Assembly: GCA_030141605.1 (NCBI GenBank) | Contig: JAQGDQ010001673.1 | Span: 1 to 30,220 of the forward strand | DNA from: Tubiluchus corallicola | Lineage: Eukaryota; Animalia; Priapulida | Length of the DNA: 30,220 nt | Direction of reading: 5' to 3' | Shown here: in pieces, positions 12,570 to 24,221 of the stretch | Layout: every line of letters starts with the position of its first letter | Numbering within the stretch: position 1 is the first letter of the stretch | Notes under the pieces: generated by a model | The model's database searches: none | What the model saw: the letters and a program-made list of their open reading frames with translations, nothing else | What the model was told of the DNA's origin: nothing | Position numbers and translations under genes: made by a program

Positions 12570-12921
12570 AATAAAAGTTTAAATTACTGTATCTTGCCAA
12601 TAGGATTAAAAATGCGGTTTTGGTTAGTGAGTAGCACCCTGGAGGGTGAGTCAGCGACATTTTACCAAGTGGCACGAACATTTTAAATCATTATTTCTAG
12701 TTACCTCTCTCCAGTAGGTAAGCGAAATGCTAAGTAATATAGATTTGCACGGAAAGTTTTTTGGGACATAATCTAACATCGACTTTTCTTCCCCTGATTT
12801 ACGTTTGTCTCATGTAATGTAATTCTAACGCGAGTACCACGTGTGCAAAAAACTGCGGTAAAGTAATGTGATTTTTAAGGTGATTTTTTACACCTACTTC
12901 AGGTGTGCCTTTTCTTCTCCT
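12570..12921 (+). mobile_element. Dispersed repeat fragment ending CCT-TTAA (possibly a Kolobok-like DNA element), copy 1
   Basis: Colinear diverged match to 27303-27731 (ggttagtgagt..caccctggagg.tgagtcagcgacattttaccaa); both copies end cctttaa. Confidence 0.65.
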
Positions 12922-12925
12922 TTAA

Positions 12926-13369
12926 CCCTTTCATACCCGTTGTATCCCGTGGGATACGAGAATATTTTCTGCCTTTAAAATTAATAAAATTTTAAAACTG
13001 ACAGTTATTTTGATTTAAGCCAATAACAATAGACTAAAAATGGTGATAAAATGGCAAACTAGAACATCCACATAGCATAAAAAACTGTGCAAGGTACAGT
13101 ACTTTAGAGACGACTTTGTACAGATCAGCATAGCATGCATACTAAATGTCTTAAATACTTTAATAAAAATTATCAGCAGTTGCAAAATGAAACACATTTT
13201 ATGCTTCCATTGAATCCCAATGTATCCCGTGGGATACAGGCTATATTTAGCACGCGGGCACAGGTAGAAAAATAATTATTATACTGTGTAAACAAGATGG
13301 ACATACTGAATAGAAGTATTAAGCCAAAAAATTTTTTCTTATTAGAAAAATAATTTGGGACTGAAAGGG
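12926..13369 (+). mobile_element. piggyBac-type MITE (444 bp), copy 1
   Basis: TTAA at 12922-12925 and 13370-13373, termini CCCTTTCA...TGAAAGGG, internal palindrome-like gtatcccgtgggatac. Inverted copy at 21346-21800. Confidence 0.9.
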
Positions 13370-13424
13370 TTAACTAAAACACGATTATGACTGCCTACAG
13401 ATGGCAGCAGCAGTTCATACTCAC

Positions 13425-13583
13425 CGAAATCCAGTCAAGTCAATAAGAACGCTGCTGAGAAAGTTGTGCGAAAGACGCAGCACTCGTTGCATGGATGGAT
13501 GTAAAATGTTCAATTTCTTTTTTATCTTTTCTCTGGCATCTTTGAAGCTTTGATTCCACGGACTGGTCTGCACATTGTTATAA
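13425..13583 (-). CDS. DNAH12: DNAH12-like dynein heavy chain, coding exon 5
   Basis: atctttAG...cg|gtgagt, phase 2/2. Encodes YNNVQTSPWNQSFKDAREKIKKKLNILHPSMQRVLRLSHNFLSSVLIDLTGF(R), matching recalled PWHSSYVQARNQIFSNLHIIHPTM..LLDFTGIR. Confidence 0.85.
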
Positions 13584-13728
13584 CTAAAGATATGAAAAAA
13601 TACCTTTGATATTTAACGACACCAACATTCTGATATATAAATAGTTAAAAAAAATACAAAATCGGTAATGTAATTTTATCAAAATTGACATTTTTCAGTA
13701 ATAAGCAACTAAGCAGTAACAAAATGAA

Positions 13729-13785
<57 letters not shown>

Positions 13786-13954
13786 TGGTAGTAGTAGTAG
13801 TAGTAGTGGTAGTGGTAGTGGTAGTAGTAGTGGTAGTGGCAGTGGTAGTGGTAGTGTTAGTAGTGGTAGTCGTGGTAGTGGTAGTGGTGGTAGTGGTAGT
13901 GTTAGTAGTAGTAGTAGTGGTAGTGGTAGTGTTAGTAGTAGTAGTAGTAGTAGC

Positions 13955-14019
<65 letters not shown>

Positions 14020-14031
14020 TAGCAGTAGTAG
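13729..14031. repeat. (TAG)n/(TGG) trinucleotide microsatellite
   Basis: Seen directly; it produces the poly-S/T/V ORFs. Confidence 0.98.
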
Positions 14032-14488
14032 AATTTAGACAAAAAAGTAAATAACTAATTATATAATAGTATTTTTTATTAAAAAAAATAAAAATAAATT
14101 TATTTTTATTAAGCACCTTAAGCAATATGTCTCAAAGCGTTTGCAGCAGTTGAGCAAAAGTTACAACTACAAAGTTAAAACTTGAAATAAAATTACAAGG
14201 TTAAAAATTTAACTTCACAAACTCCTGTAAATCACGAAACTTTCCATTGTACATAAAATAATAAAATAGCGGGAATTTATCAAAAATTGAATGGATTCAT
14301 TAAGAGAATGACAATGACAAACCAAAGTTAGAGAAACCATCTTAAAATGTCTTTGCTAAAACTAATACACTTATCATTAATAGTTACGCAAAATTTAAGT
14401 TAATAAAATAGTTATTTAAACATTAAAGAGATCTTTCCTAAAAAGTGTAAAAGCATTAACATATCATAATGTGTGGGGGGAGGTCATT

Positions 14489-15061
14489 CTGCAGCTTTGG
14501 TATTCCGTATCGTTGCAAGTCCGAATACGGTGATTTTGCAACTAGGGTTTGAGTTTGTTTTTTAATGTTACGTTACCTGTTTACGCGTTACGTTACCTGT
14601 TAATGAACTATATACGGTTAGATAGAGAATTTTACGGGCTTTCTAACCGGGTATTACACGACTAAATTCGCTTAAGTACTGCGTTCGTAATGGCGGTTGA
14701 AAGTACGAATCCATGTTTGTGGATTCCGGAGGAAGTAGCGTTGCAAGTCCGAATACGGCGATTTTTCAACTAGGGTTTGAATTATTTTTTTAATGTTACG
14801 CTACCTGTTTACGCGTTACGTTACCTGTTAATGAACTATATACGGTTAGATAGAGAATTTCGTGGGCTTTCTAACTGTGTATTACACGACTAAATTCGCT
14901 TATGTACTGTAACGAAAACGGCTTTGCGGAATCTGGATGAAGTATCATCGCAAGTCCGAATACGGCGATTTTGCAACTAGGGTTTGAGTTATTTTTTTAA
15001 CGTTACGTTACCTGTTTACGCGTTACGTTACCGATTAACAAACTATATACGGAACAAATTG
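14489..15061 (+). repeat. ~210-228-bp satellite-like unit, ~2.5 tandem copies
   Basis: gcaagtccgaatacgg.gattttgcaactagggtttga recurs at about 14511, 14739 and 14946. The same family is inverted at 23618-23939. Confidence 0.85.
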
Positions 15062-15276
15062 ATAATGTGTTGGGGAGGTCATTGTACATTGGTCCTGCAA
15101 ATTGATACTGTGTGCCTGAAGTGCGTGAGCATTTGGCTGTTGAAGCAACAATTGAAGAGCTTAAGACGATGAACTAATAACAGTAACAGCTACCTTTACC
15201 ACAACCGAGGAACCGACTAGTTAGTCGACTAACCGGCTAGCTGCACATAATCAGTTAGCACCATTTTAGCACAAAC

Positions 15277-15428
15277 CTTCTAGGTGGCGGGTTTAGCCAG
15301 TACGGATCTTCCTCTTCCTGTTTTGCCCATCGTACTTTTGGTTTGATGAGAGTTTGGTTCACGATGTGCTTCTTTATCACAAGTACGTACTCTTTCCGAA
15401 TTTCTTCAAGTAATCTCTCAACTTTTGC
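15277..15428 (-). CDS. DNAH12: DNAH12-like dynein heavy chain, coding exon 4
   Basis: ggtttatAG...ag|gtttgt, phase 0/2. Encodes AKVERLLEEIRKEYVLVIKKHIVNQTLIKPKVRWAKQEEEDPYWLNPPPR, compared with recalled LLESLINEV...MKRYLVQSVLVKPPV. Confidence 0.85.
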
Positions 15429-17126
15429 CTATAAACCAGAACAGCTTGCACTACACAATCCAATACAGATTAAAAGTCATGATATACATATTAACCCTTT
15501 CACTACGGAAGGTTACACACTGCCGCCTATGTTTTTCTTGTAACGGACGGAATGCGACGGAGTGCCTGCTCGAGCTCAGCACTAGGCGCAGTTACCCAGG
15601 TCTGTTTATTTCACTGCCACGGCCATGTAAAAACATTGTAGAAAAGTTTAACAGCCGTGGGATTGGGGTTGCTTCACAACAAGTGACGCTAACCAGCCAA
15701 TTAGCGTCTAAAGCCAGGTGCATTCCACAATACTGTACTGTATGGTATGTTCCTACGCAAAATCACTTGTAGAACGTTGATGAAACGTATGTTGTGTTAT
15801 GTTCTCCAGTCTTATAAAAGTTATTAAACTAAATTTATAGTATTGAGCTGAACAGGGAAGAGTGCATTATACAGTTCTATTCATAGGCACCAGGCCAGCC
15901 AACCTACAGGTAATGTTATGACCTCCACTTTAAACTAGGAAGCCCATAACATTACCTGCGATTGGTTGAGCAGTGGCTTCCTGTGAAAAAGAACGTGACA
16001 TCGTCAGTTGTCTTCTGGTTGTCGTGGAATGCACTTCTCCTGTCTGCCTGCCGAGTGTCGTGGATTCCGTAAGGTTTGAATCATTGTCATCAGGTTTTGT
16101 TTTTTTTCTATTGTGTTGTTCTTCTCAGCCGTCCCTTTTGAATTCTAAGTTTTGGTTTTGTTGTTTCTTTTGTTTAAATTTCTGGAGTGTCCGTTATGCA
16201 GTGCCTACCCGCATCACCTATGGTGGGCCGTAAGGCTGTCTACCGGGTCGAACCCCGGAACAATATTATAGATTAGTATTGTCTTTTGTGAAAACTGTTT
16301 TCTAAATATAAGTACATGCTTATTTATGAGGATATGCATGTGTGTGTGTGTGTGTGAGTGCATGTATGTGTGCTCATATGTGTGTGCATGTGTAGAAATA
16401 AAACTATTATTTAATATTAGTACTGAATAACGAACAACTGCTTGTTTATTTACGAGAATCCGGTTTTAGTAACACACCACAAGAAGTTATGGTGTGTCAA
16501 ATGTGCAAAAGTCAAAGTGGGCCAGTTAAAAAGCAACAACATGGGGAAACGATTAATGTACTGAACTTGCAAGTATTGTAGCTAAACACAGCTGCAAGTA
16601 ATTTGTAATTTAGGTTCACATATTTAAGCTTGGAAACTAAATTGGCTTGGAATTGATTTTTTTCGCAACAGATCTGACAAAGCTGTTAGCTGCTTCAAGA
16701 CTGCTTTTTGGTTTGAATCTCAGGAATTTGCACTTTGAATGCACAAAAAAAGACAGATGAATCATCACTAATATTAAACTTATTTTAGTTTACCTTATTG
16801 TCTTGCATTATTTTAACTTGCCAAACAGCTTATCACACAGAGTAATGGCGTCACAGGTAACAATACATACTCCACACAAGTTACTTTAATTATCCGAACG
16901 CTAATAAATGATTGCCATTTACTTCAAATGTTTCACAAGCAGTTTACCAAGTCCTAAGAGTATTGGCTTCATGGATAAACAATACCCACTGCAATAATAT
17001 AGAAACCACTACTTAACAGGCGTCTTAGGTTTATAAACCCATGTAGCTTTGTAGCAAGGTGGATTTACAAAGCGTATTCTACCGTATAGTGAAACAGAAC
17101 TCAAATGTATTGAAAAACATTTGTAC

Positions 17127-17249
17127 CTGTAAGACAGAAGAACTCCTAAGTCTATCAGGTATGAGGTGAAGAATGCTCTGTAACCATGACGACGGAATGG
17201 GTGCTACCGGGTAGCTCTCCACGCATTGGCGCATGAACTTGTAATTTAA
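17127..17249 (-). CDS. DNAH12: DNAH12-like dynein heavy chain, coding exon 3
   Basis: tattatcttAG...cag|gtacaa, phase 0/0. Encodes LNYKFMRQCVESYPVAPIPSSWLQSILHLIPDRLRSSSVLQ, compared with recalled FNYIYMKQCVESSPLVPIQQEWLDHMLRLIPESLK. Confidence 0.88.
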
Positions 17250-17412
17250 CTAAGATAATAATTTTTGACGTTAAAGAAGAATAAATAATAAATAATACGT
17301 AAGTACTAAATAATAAACATCTACATCATTTACTTTATATCATATTATTTACATATGATTGTAATCTTACTATACAGTGACATTATTTATTTTTTTATGC
17401 GATTTGTTAAAA

Positions 17413-17823
17413 CAGGGGTATGCAAACTGCGGCCCGCCAAGAGATCTTGTGCGGCCCACGAAGAGGTTTGTCAACGTAATGAAAGTGCGGCCCACGTGAT
17501 CCAGCTAAAGTCCGTGCCAATATCGCAAAGATAGTGCGGGTAGTTTTTTCCTCTAGATCGGATGGCATTAACCCTTACAAGACAGTTGTCACTTTATGTC
17601 ACTGTCGGACATGACGAAATTTACGGTTTTTAATATAAATTTTAATAACTTCTAAAATAGTTTCTCGAGTGTAGCAGTAGTGATGATGTGCGCAAATCGG
17701 ATGCAAAAAAAATCGTTATTAGGTCCTACTGTACTTGGCTCCTTGGCCAAACTGCATGTGGCCCGCAGGAATTGCGGGAATGTTTAATGTGGCCCGGCTA
17801 GTCAGATAATTTGCACACCCTTG
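17413..17823. mobile_element. hAT (Charlie-like) MITE
   Basis: TIRs CAGGGGTATGCAAA and TTTGCACACCCTTG, subterminal tgcggccc repeats, 8-bp flanks tgttaaaa / cgttaaga. Confidence 0.85.
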
Positions 17824-18489
17824 CGTTAAGATGTTTAGTAATGGTTCATTATCGAGGGGAATACTTTTACGAAGAGTTACTGAAACATTATCAGTGTCTT
17901 AGGCAAAATTCCACATTAGTGGTGGTCAATTTTGAATTTCTGCAATTCGATTATAATATCGATATCACGACTGATCTTTTGCGACAGTTTTTTTAATGTT
18001 TTGGCTTCTTTCAATGATCGAAATGAAATATAACGTATAACTTCTTCACAGCTTCCTATTTGCATATAAGCGCTATCCAGATACATGTAATTAATAATTT
18101 ATATAGAGAAACTAAGTTAATAATGTTTCTAATACACCACAACAAAGTGTTTAATTTCCTCATTACATAAATAACCATAAATTCAAAATAAAGATGGGCG
18201 GGACAAAACTGTCAGCCTAGGGCGTCGTAAAGTCTTGATACGCCGCTGTTTGCTATGCCGTTTCTGGAACTCTTTACTTCCTTGCAGACACATCCGAAGG
18301 TTGCTGCACGCAAGTTTATTTTAAAGGGTTAAGCCCTGATATGTTCAGATGCGCTATGTTCACATCCCGCCACAAACATGAATATTAAGTAAGTCTTGTC
18401 ACTAAATTCTAAAATCTGGCTTATAGGGTAGCAAACTGTATGCAAAATGATTACGTAATTATACTTTTAGCTGATTGTTTGCCACTCAC

Positions 18490-18601
18490 CCACTCCTCTC
18501 TTTCTTCGCTCATCCCAGAAGGTGGAGGCTGAGGTTTAGGAGGTCTAGGTCGCTTGGCCCACTCTGCCGTTGCTTCGTAATCCTTCAAAGCCTTTTGTAT
18601 T
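18490..18601 (-). CDS. DNAH12: DNAH12-like dynein heavy chain, coding exon 2
   Basis: taattttAG...tgg|gtgagt, phase 2/0. Encodes (L)IQKALKDYEATAEWAKRPRPPKPQPPPSGMSEEREEW. Confidence 0.82.
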
Positions 18602-18682
18602 CTAAAATTAATTAAGAAAATAAGCTATTCTGTAATACTAATCATTATGTAGCTTTGGCTAGTTTACAATTCCCCTCATACA

Positions 18683-19367
<685 letters not shown>

Positions 19368-19816
19368 AATAATTTTAATTAGCTCTTGTAATGCACGCAA
19401 AAAGCAATTACGTAGCAAAATAAATTGTTAGTATTGGAGAAAGGGTGGCGAAAAAATCCTAGAGGTCAGCAAATCAGCCACCCTTTTAATTAGAGATTAT
19501 AACAAAAATATCTAGCGACAAAATAAGCATACAGTGAGAAAATCAAACTGAAATAGCACTATAAAATAGCACTGTAAACAAATAAAGCAGATTGGTTTGT
19601 GCGTGATGTTATAATAACGGACAAAAACAAAAGCAAAAAGGAAACAAAATCATAAACAAAGCAATAACTTGCAAATTAGAAACACAGCATTGCAAATTAA
19701 TAATGTAAATCGGACTATTTCCGCTACGAACATTTTTTAATACAATTAATAGACCACAAACAGTTATAAATTTGCAAATTATGTAAACGAAATGTTAAGA
19801 AGACATAAAGCCTTAC

Positions 19817-20028
19817 AGTGCATTTCTCAGTTTCTGTTTGCGGTGACGGGACATGCGATACTTCAGCAACGGGCTGTTTTCGTAAGGATCCGGCCTCAAT
19901 GATGGTCGAGGTGGAATTGGTGGAAGTACTGGTACCTTGTCTGCAATTATAGGAGGATGCCTCCGCCGTCCCGTCGTTGTCTTCATGTACGACAGCTTAC
20001 ATGGCTTCAAGGCTCCAAACGATGCCAT
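19817..20028 (-). CDS. DNAH12: DNAH12-like dynein heavy chain, coding exon 1 (exon 19817-20030)
   Basis: Acceptor ttttaaatttAG directly followed by ccATGG. Encodes MASFGALKP...LPPIPP...NSPLLKYRMSRHRKQKLRNA, compared with recalled LPPIV..SKLLKYRRSKEQQQKINQL. Phase-2 donor ct|gtaagg. Confidence 0.82.
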
Positions 20029-20357
20029 GGCTAAATTTAAAACCATGATAATTTAAAGCCGAGATCAAAATTAGGCCTAGTAGTACTAATTTATTTTCTT
20101 TGCTGAGATTTCCATGCAGTTGCTGCGAACATTTTCAGAAAATACACACTACCTATATTAAAACATAATTATTACTATTATTATCTGTTAAACCGCTATT
20201 AACCAATATGCAGCTATTTTTGTACACTTGCCTACTAATAAAGTATGCCATTCTCAGTCTATACTTATCTACATTGGGTATAGTTTTGTTAAAAACAGTG
20301 AATTCGAGCCATCTAGGATGTTGGAACGATAGAATGAAAAATTTAATTTATACTAAC

Positions 20358-20600
20358 CTGGGTTAGCTGTCCAAGACAGCGGTACTTGATATTAAACCAA
20401 GAAAATTGTCAATAAATTTTTCAGGGAAACGATCGTTGCTTCTTCATTAACTACTTCGCAAAATAAATAAGTCATCGCAAGTCATCAGAGTAGCCAAAAA
20501 CGCTGCTGCTGCTGCACGACAATTAAAGAAATTATTACAAAATTAACGATGAAATACAGAAAGAAAAAACAGCAACAATCACATATTTGCACTCTGATTA
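20358..20600 (-). other. Candidate 5' UTR exon of the dynein gene (5' boundary uncertain)
   Basis: Donor ccag|gttagt at 20356-20357. The start-codon exon begins at an acceptor, so an upstream exon is needed. Confidence 0.5.
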
Positions 20601-20626
20601 CTGATTGTGTTGTGATTGCATACGCT

Positions 20627-20640
20627 GTTGCCAAGGCATG
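20627..20640. promoter_or_regulatory. RFX X-box-like motif
   Basis: GTTGCCAAGGCATG versus canonical GTTGCCATGGCAAC, just upstream of a ciliary gene. Confidence 0.55.
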
Positions 20641-20743
20641 CAGTCGCCATCTAACGAGAAACATCGGAAAAACATTTTAACGACGCCGACGTCTGCACAG
20701 CGTACTGCCTCTGATTAAATTCACCTCCGAATAAATACTTTGA

Positions 20744-20751
20744 GTAAACAA
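20744..20751 (+). promoter_or_regulatory. Forkhead (FoxJ1-type) site
   Basis: GTAAACAA about 105 bp from the X-box. The motif is short and common by chance. Confidence 0.3.
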
Positions 20752-20873
20752 CTGTTATTAAACATATAAAAATGATTATATAAGACGATATAATTATCTA
20801 AATGCAAAAATTATAAAAAATGATGAAAAGCGAAAGAAGTATCTAATTAAGTTTGCAATTTTTCATATTAAAC

Positions 20874-20916
20874 TGATGATGATGATGATGAATATGATAA
20901 TAATAATAATAATAAC

Positions 20917-20959
<43 letters not shown>

Positions 20960-20981
20960 GTAGTAGTAGTAGTAGTAGTAA

Positions 20982-21031
<50 letters not shown>
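20874..21031. repeat. (TGA)/(TAA)/(TAG) compound microsatellite
   Basis: Seen directly. Confidence 0.97.
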
Positions 21032-21032
<1 letters not shown>

Positions 21033-21345
21033 ACATTAAATCTATCAGACATTAAATAATAATTCTTCGCTGGTATTATTTAAATGTTGTTAGCCATAAT
21101 CAGTTTTAAAAACATGATAGGCCCAGATCGTATTATTTGAACTGGCATATTATTATGCAACACATTTGTAAACAGTCACTAGAACACTAAAACAGTCAGT
21201 CATTATTCAGTTTACACAAGTTTGCTTAGTAGTTTATTTATTCAAAGACCCAAAAGTACAGAACCAAGGCTTTTAAACTTACTGAGCTTAATTTGTTTGT
21301 TGCGCTGCACTTACTGACAAAAATACGTAAGAGATAATTTATTAA

Positions 21346-21800
21346 CCCTTTCGGTCCCAAATTATTTTTTTAATAAGAAAAAAAATTTTTGGCTTGGTAC
21401 TTTTGTTCAGTATGTCAATCTTCTTTACACGTAATAATTGTTTTTTTCTGCCTGTGCCCGCGTGCTAAATATAGCCTGTATCCCTCGGGACACATTGGGA
21501 TTCAATGGAAGCATAAAATGTGCTTCATTTTGCAAATGCTGATATTTTTTAAAAATATTTAAGACATTTAGTATGCATGCTATGCTGATCTGTACAAAGT
21601 CGTCTGTACGTTATAAAGTACTGTACGTTGAGCAATGTTGATGTTCTAGTTTGCAATTTTATCACCATTTTAGTCTATTGTTATTGGCTTAAATCAAAAT
21701 AACTATTAACAGATCAAATAACTGTCAGTTTTAAAATCTTATTAATTTTAAAGGCAGAAAATATTCTCGTATCCCACTGGATACAACGGGTATGAAAGTG
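21346..21800 (-). mobile_element. piggyBac-type MITE, copy 2
   Basis: TTAA at 21342-21345 and 21801-21804; reverse complement of 12926-13369 with small indels. Confidence 0.9.
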
Positions 21801-21954
21801 TTAAAAAAATAATTGAACAAGCACAGGTTTTAATCAAGTCAATTAGTATGCGTACATTAGATTATACATGCAGGACTCAAAATAAATTTTCGCCTAATGC
21901 CTATGCTTTACCGTGACAATAACTAAGCATTGAGTAACATTAAAAAATATTAAT

Positions 21955-22590
21955 AACTGGAAACGATACACAATATGTACAGTCAAGTGATAATCTGGAA
22001 ACATGTAAACGAGAATCTGAGAATATGAGAATAAACTTGAGCGGCCAGCTCCGCCTTATATATCAGTGCAAACGGACAACACCAGAACAATCTAGAAATT
22101 ACTACGCGTATCGCGTATAGAAAGTTCTCGAATCTTCTACAAGGTAAGAAGATTATTCTACTTGTTATGGAGAACGCTAGCATGTATTAGAATTAAATAG
22201 AACATTGAAGAATGTTTCATTAGAATAATCGTCTTACCTTCTAGAATGTTCTAGGAAGAAACTTCTGGAAGCTTCTTGGGCACCCTATATAAGGCGAAGC
22301 AGGCCGCTGATAGACACGCACACAGATTCACACGGACGTCACTTACACATTCTCTTGTATACCTGTATTTTCAGATACACTCAAACGTTTTCCAGATTTT
22401 CACGTTTACTGTAAACATTTCGCGTTCCTTCACACTTTTGTGTTGTAGAATTCTCACTTGATAAACTAGTTTAATTTGACGAAATGTTTTCTGGATTTCT
22501 CTACGAGCCTTCCGAGAGAAACAAAACACAACATATGCGAGGCCCGACAGAACGTTTTTAATGACAAGCAAATAAGCCCACCTCCCCACA
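21955..22590 (-). mobile_element. Older related LTR interrupted by solo LTR copy 2 (left boundary uncertain)
   Basis: Minus strand begins TGTGGGGAGG at 22590. Region 22039-22160 shares gagcggcc.gct.cgccttatata and ttctacaaggtaaga.gattattctac with the younger LTR. Confidence 0.55.
22185..22533 (+). mobile_element. Solo LTR, copy 2
   Basis: Reverse-complement homolog of 1908-2252 with TA(TG)...CA ends, TATATAA, and 4-bp flanks catg / tatg. Confidence 0.8.
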
Positions 22591-23180
22591 AGTACTGTTC
22601 ATAGAAGAAGTAAAAAACATAGTGTGGAATTGTACATTGTAGTTACATTGTACATACTATAGAATCTCCACGACAATAACCTGCGCAAACCTATTTAGAA
22701 GTGCACAGGCTTGAACTTTTACATGTACGTTAGCCTTTATACTTGCCCACTCGGGCTTCAATGAATTGAAGATATAAATTTCTTCTCAACTCTGTTCAGG
22801 TAGGACATTTGACGTTTGCAAATTTTAAGGCAGCGTCACATGATCGGCCTAACCTCGTTAGGTAGATTTGTCCTTTTTAAAAGTTTATCAAATAGTTGTT
22901 TTTATACAACTTTCAAAGCCGAAAACTATAGCAAAATGGTTTAATCACCAACTCATAGATGTAAGCGCTGTGCATTTCCTCCTATAAACCAAACTAGACT
23001 ATATATTTCCACTAATTCACTTGCAATTTCAATTGACAATAATAAAATGTAGAACCAGGCCAAAAGTTGAGCATTTTTCATAACAGTATTAGACGCATCT
23101 GTAGCTGAATGTCCCAAACGTACCTGCGTTAAGTAAGCTCTGTAGGGGTGTGAAATATCTTACATGCTGATAGGGCAGTC

Positions 23181-24154
23181 AACGAAAATCATTGACACTA
23201 TGCTAGACGTCAATTCCCTTTAAAGAGAAAGCATACAATATCCGTATAGAGCTGTATGATGTAGTATAACTAAAAGCAAACACTTTTGAGTTCTGGCACA
23301 GTTTCAGTTTGTGTTTAAAATACCTTAAAGAAGTGAAAAACTGTGTATACTGTTGAAAGAATGCTTTCGTCTAGTTTGGAGTGAAAATTATGAACAATTA
23401 GAGCATTTGCTGTAAATTTTAACAAGAGCAACGTGAAATTTTTCGCCCCATTTATTTTTCTGACTTTTTGATTTAAACTCCTGCATCTGAAGATATGATC
23501 AAAGCTTGTTGGTGTTTGTACATAAGCGTAAGTAATGTTAATGTTAATGTTAACATTGAATATGGCGATTTTACAACTAGGTTTTTTGGGCCGGTGGTGG
23601 TGCTAGCCATGGATAGAAATTCGGACCTGCAACGATACTTCCTCCGGAATCAACAAACATGGATTCGTACTTTCAACCGCCATTACGAATGCAGTACTTA
23701 AGCAAATTTAGTCGTGCTATACATGGGTAGAAAGCCCGTGAAATTCTCTATCTAACCGTATACAGTTTGTTCAAAAGTAGCGTAACGTGTAAAAAAATGA
23801 CTCAAACCCTAGTTGTAAAATCGCCATATTCGGACTTGCAACGATACTTACTCCGGCGTCCAAATAGCCAATTTCGTTGCAGTACTTAAGCGAATTTAGT
23901 TGTGTAATACACGGTTAGAAAGCCCGTGAAATTCTCTATGTGTTCACAATTTTCACTTCAAACTAGTCGAAAGCATTCTTTCAACAACATACACAGTTTT
24001 TCACTTCTTTAAGGTGTCTTAAACACAAATTAAAACTGTGCCAGAACTCAAAAAAGTTTGCTTTTAGTTATACCACATCAAACAGCTCTATATGACCATT
24101 GTATGCTTTCTCTTTGAAGGGAATTGACCTCTAGCATAGTGACAAGATTTCGTT
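23181..24154. repeat. Foldback structure with ~215-bp diverged inverted arms (23181-23396 / 23941-24154)
   Basis: For example cactatgctagacgtcaattccctttaaagagaaagcatacaat pairs with attgtatgctttctctttgaagggaattgacctctagcatagtg. Confidence 0.88.
23618..23939 (-). repeat. ~1.5 copies of the 14489-15061 satellite-like unit, inverted
   Basis: ttcggacttgcaacgatactt, aaaccctagttg and ggttagaaagcccgtgaaattctctat are reverse complements of the unit. Confidence 0.85.
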
Positions 24155-24221
24155 ATTTTCTCCTTATTATAATCAAAACTTCAGACCACTTTTTGCGCAC
24201 CCTGGTGGCTAGTTTGTTGAA

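Noticed and set aside
13685-14125. Poly-Ser/Thr/Val ORFs resembling mucin
   Set aside because: They come from the (TAG)n microsatellite inside a dynein intron.
18278-18303. Extra small dynein exon (QPSDVSAR)
   Set aside because: Splice sites are weak, it would break the phase, and exons 2 and 3 already join colinearly with the homolog.
20843-21052. Poly-Tyr ORF
   Set aside because: It is a translation of the (TAA)/(TAG) microsatellite.
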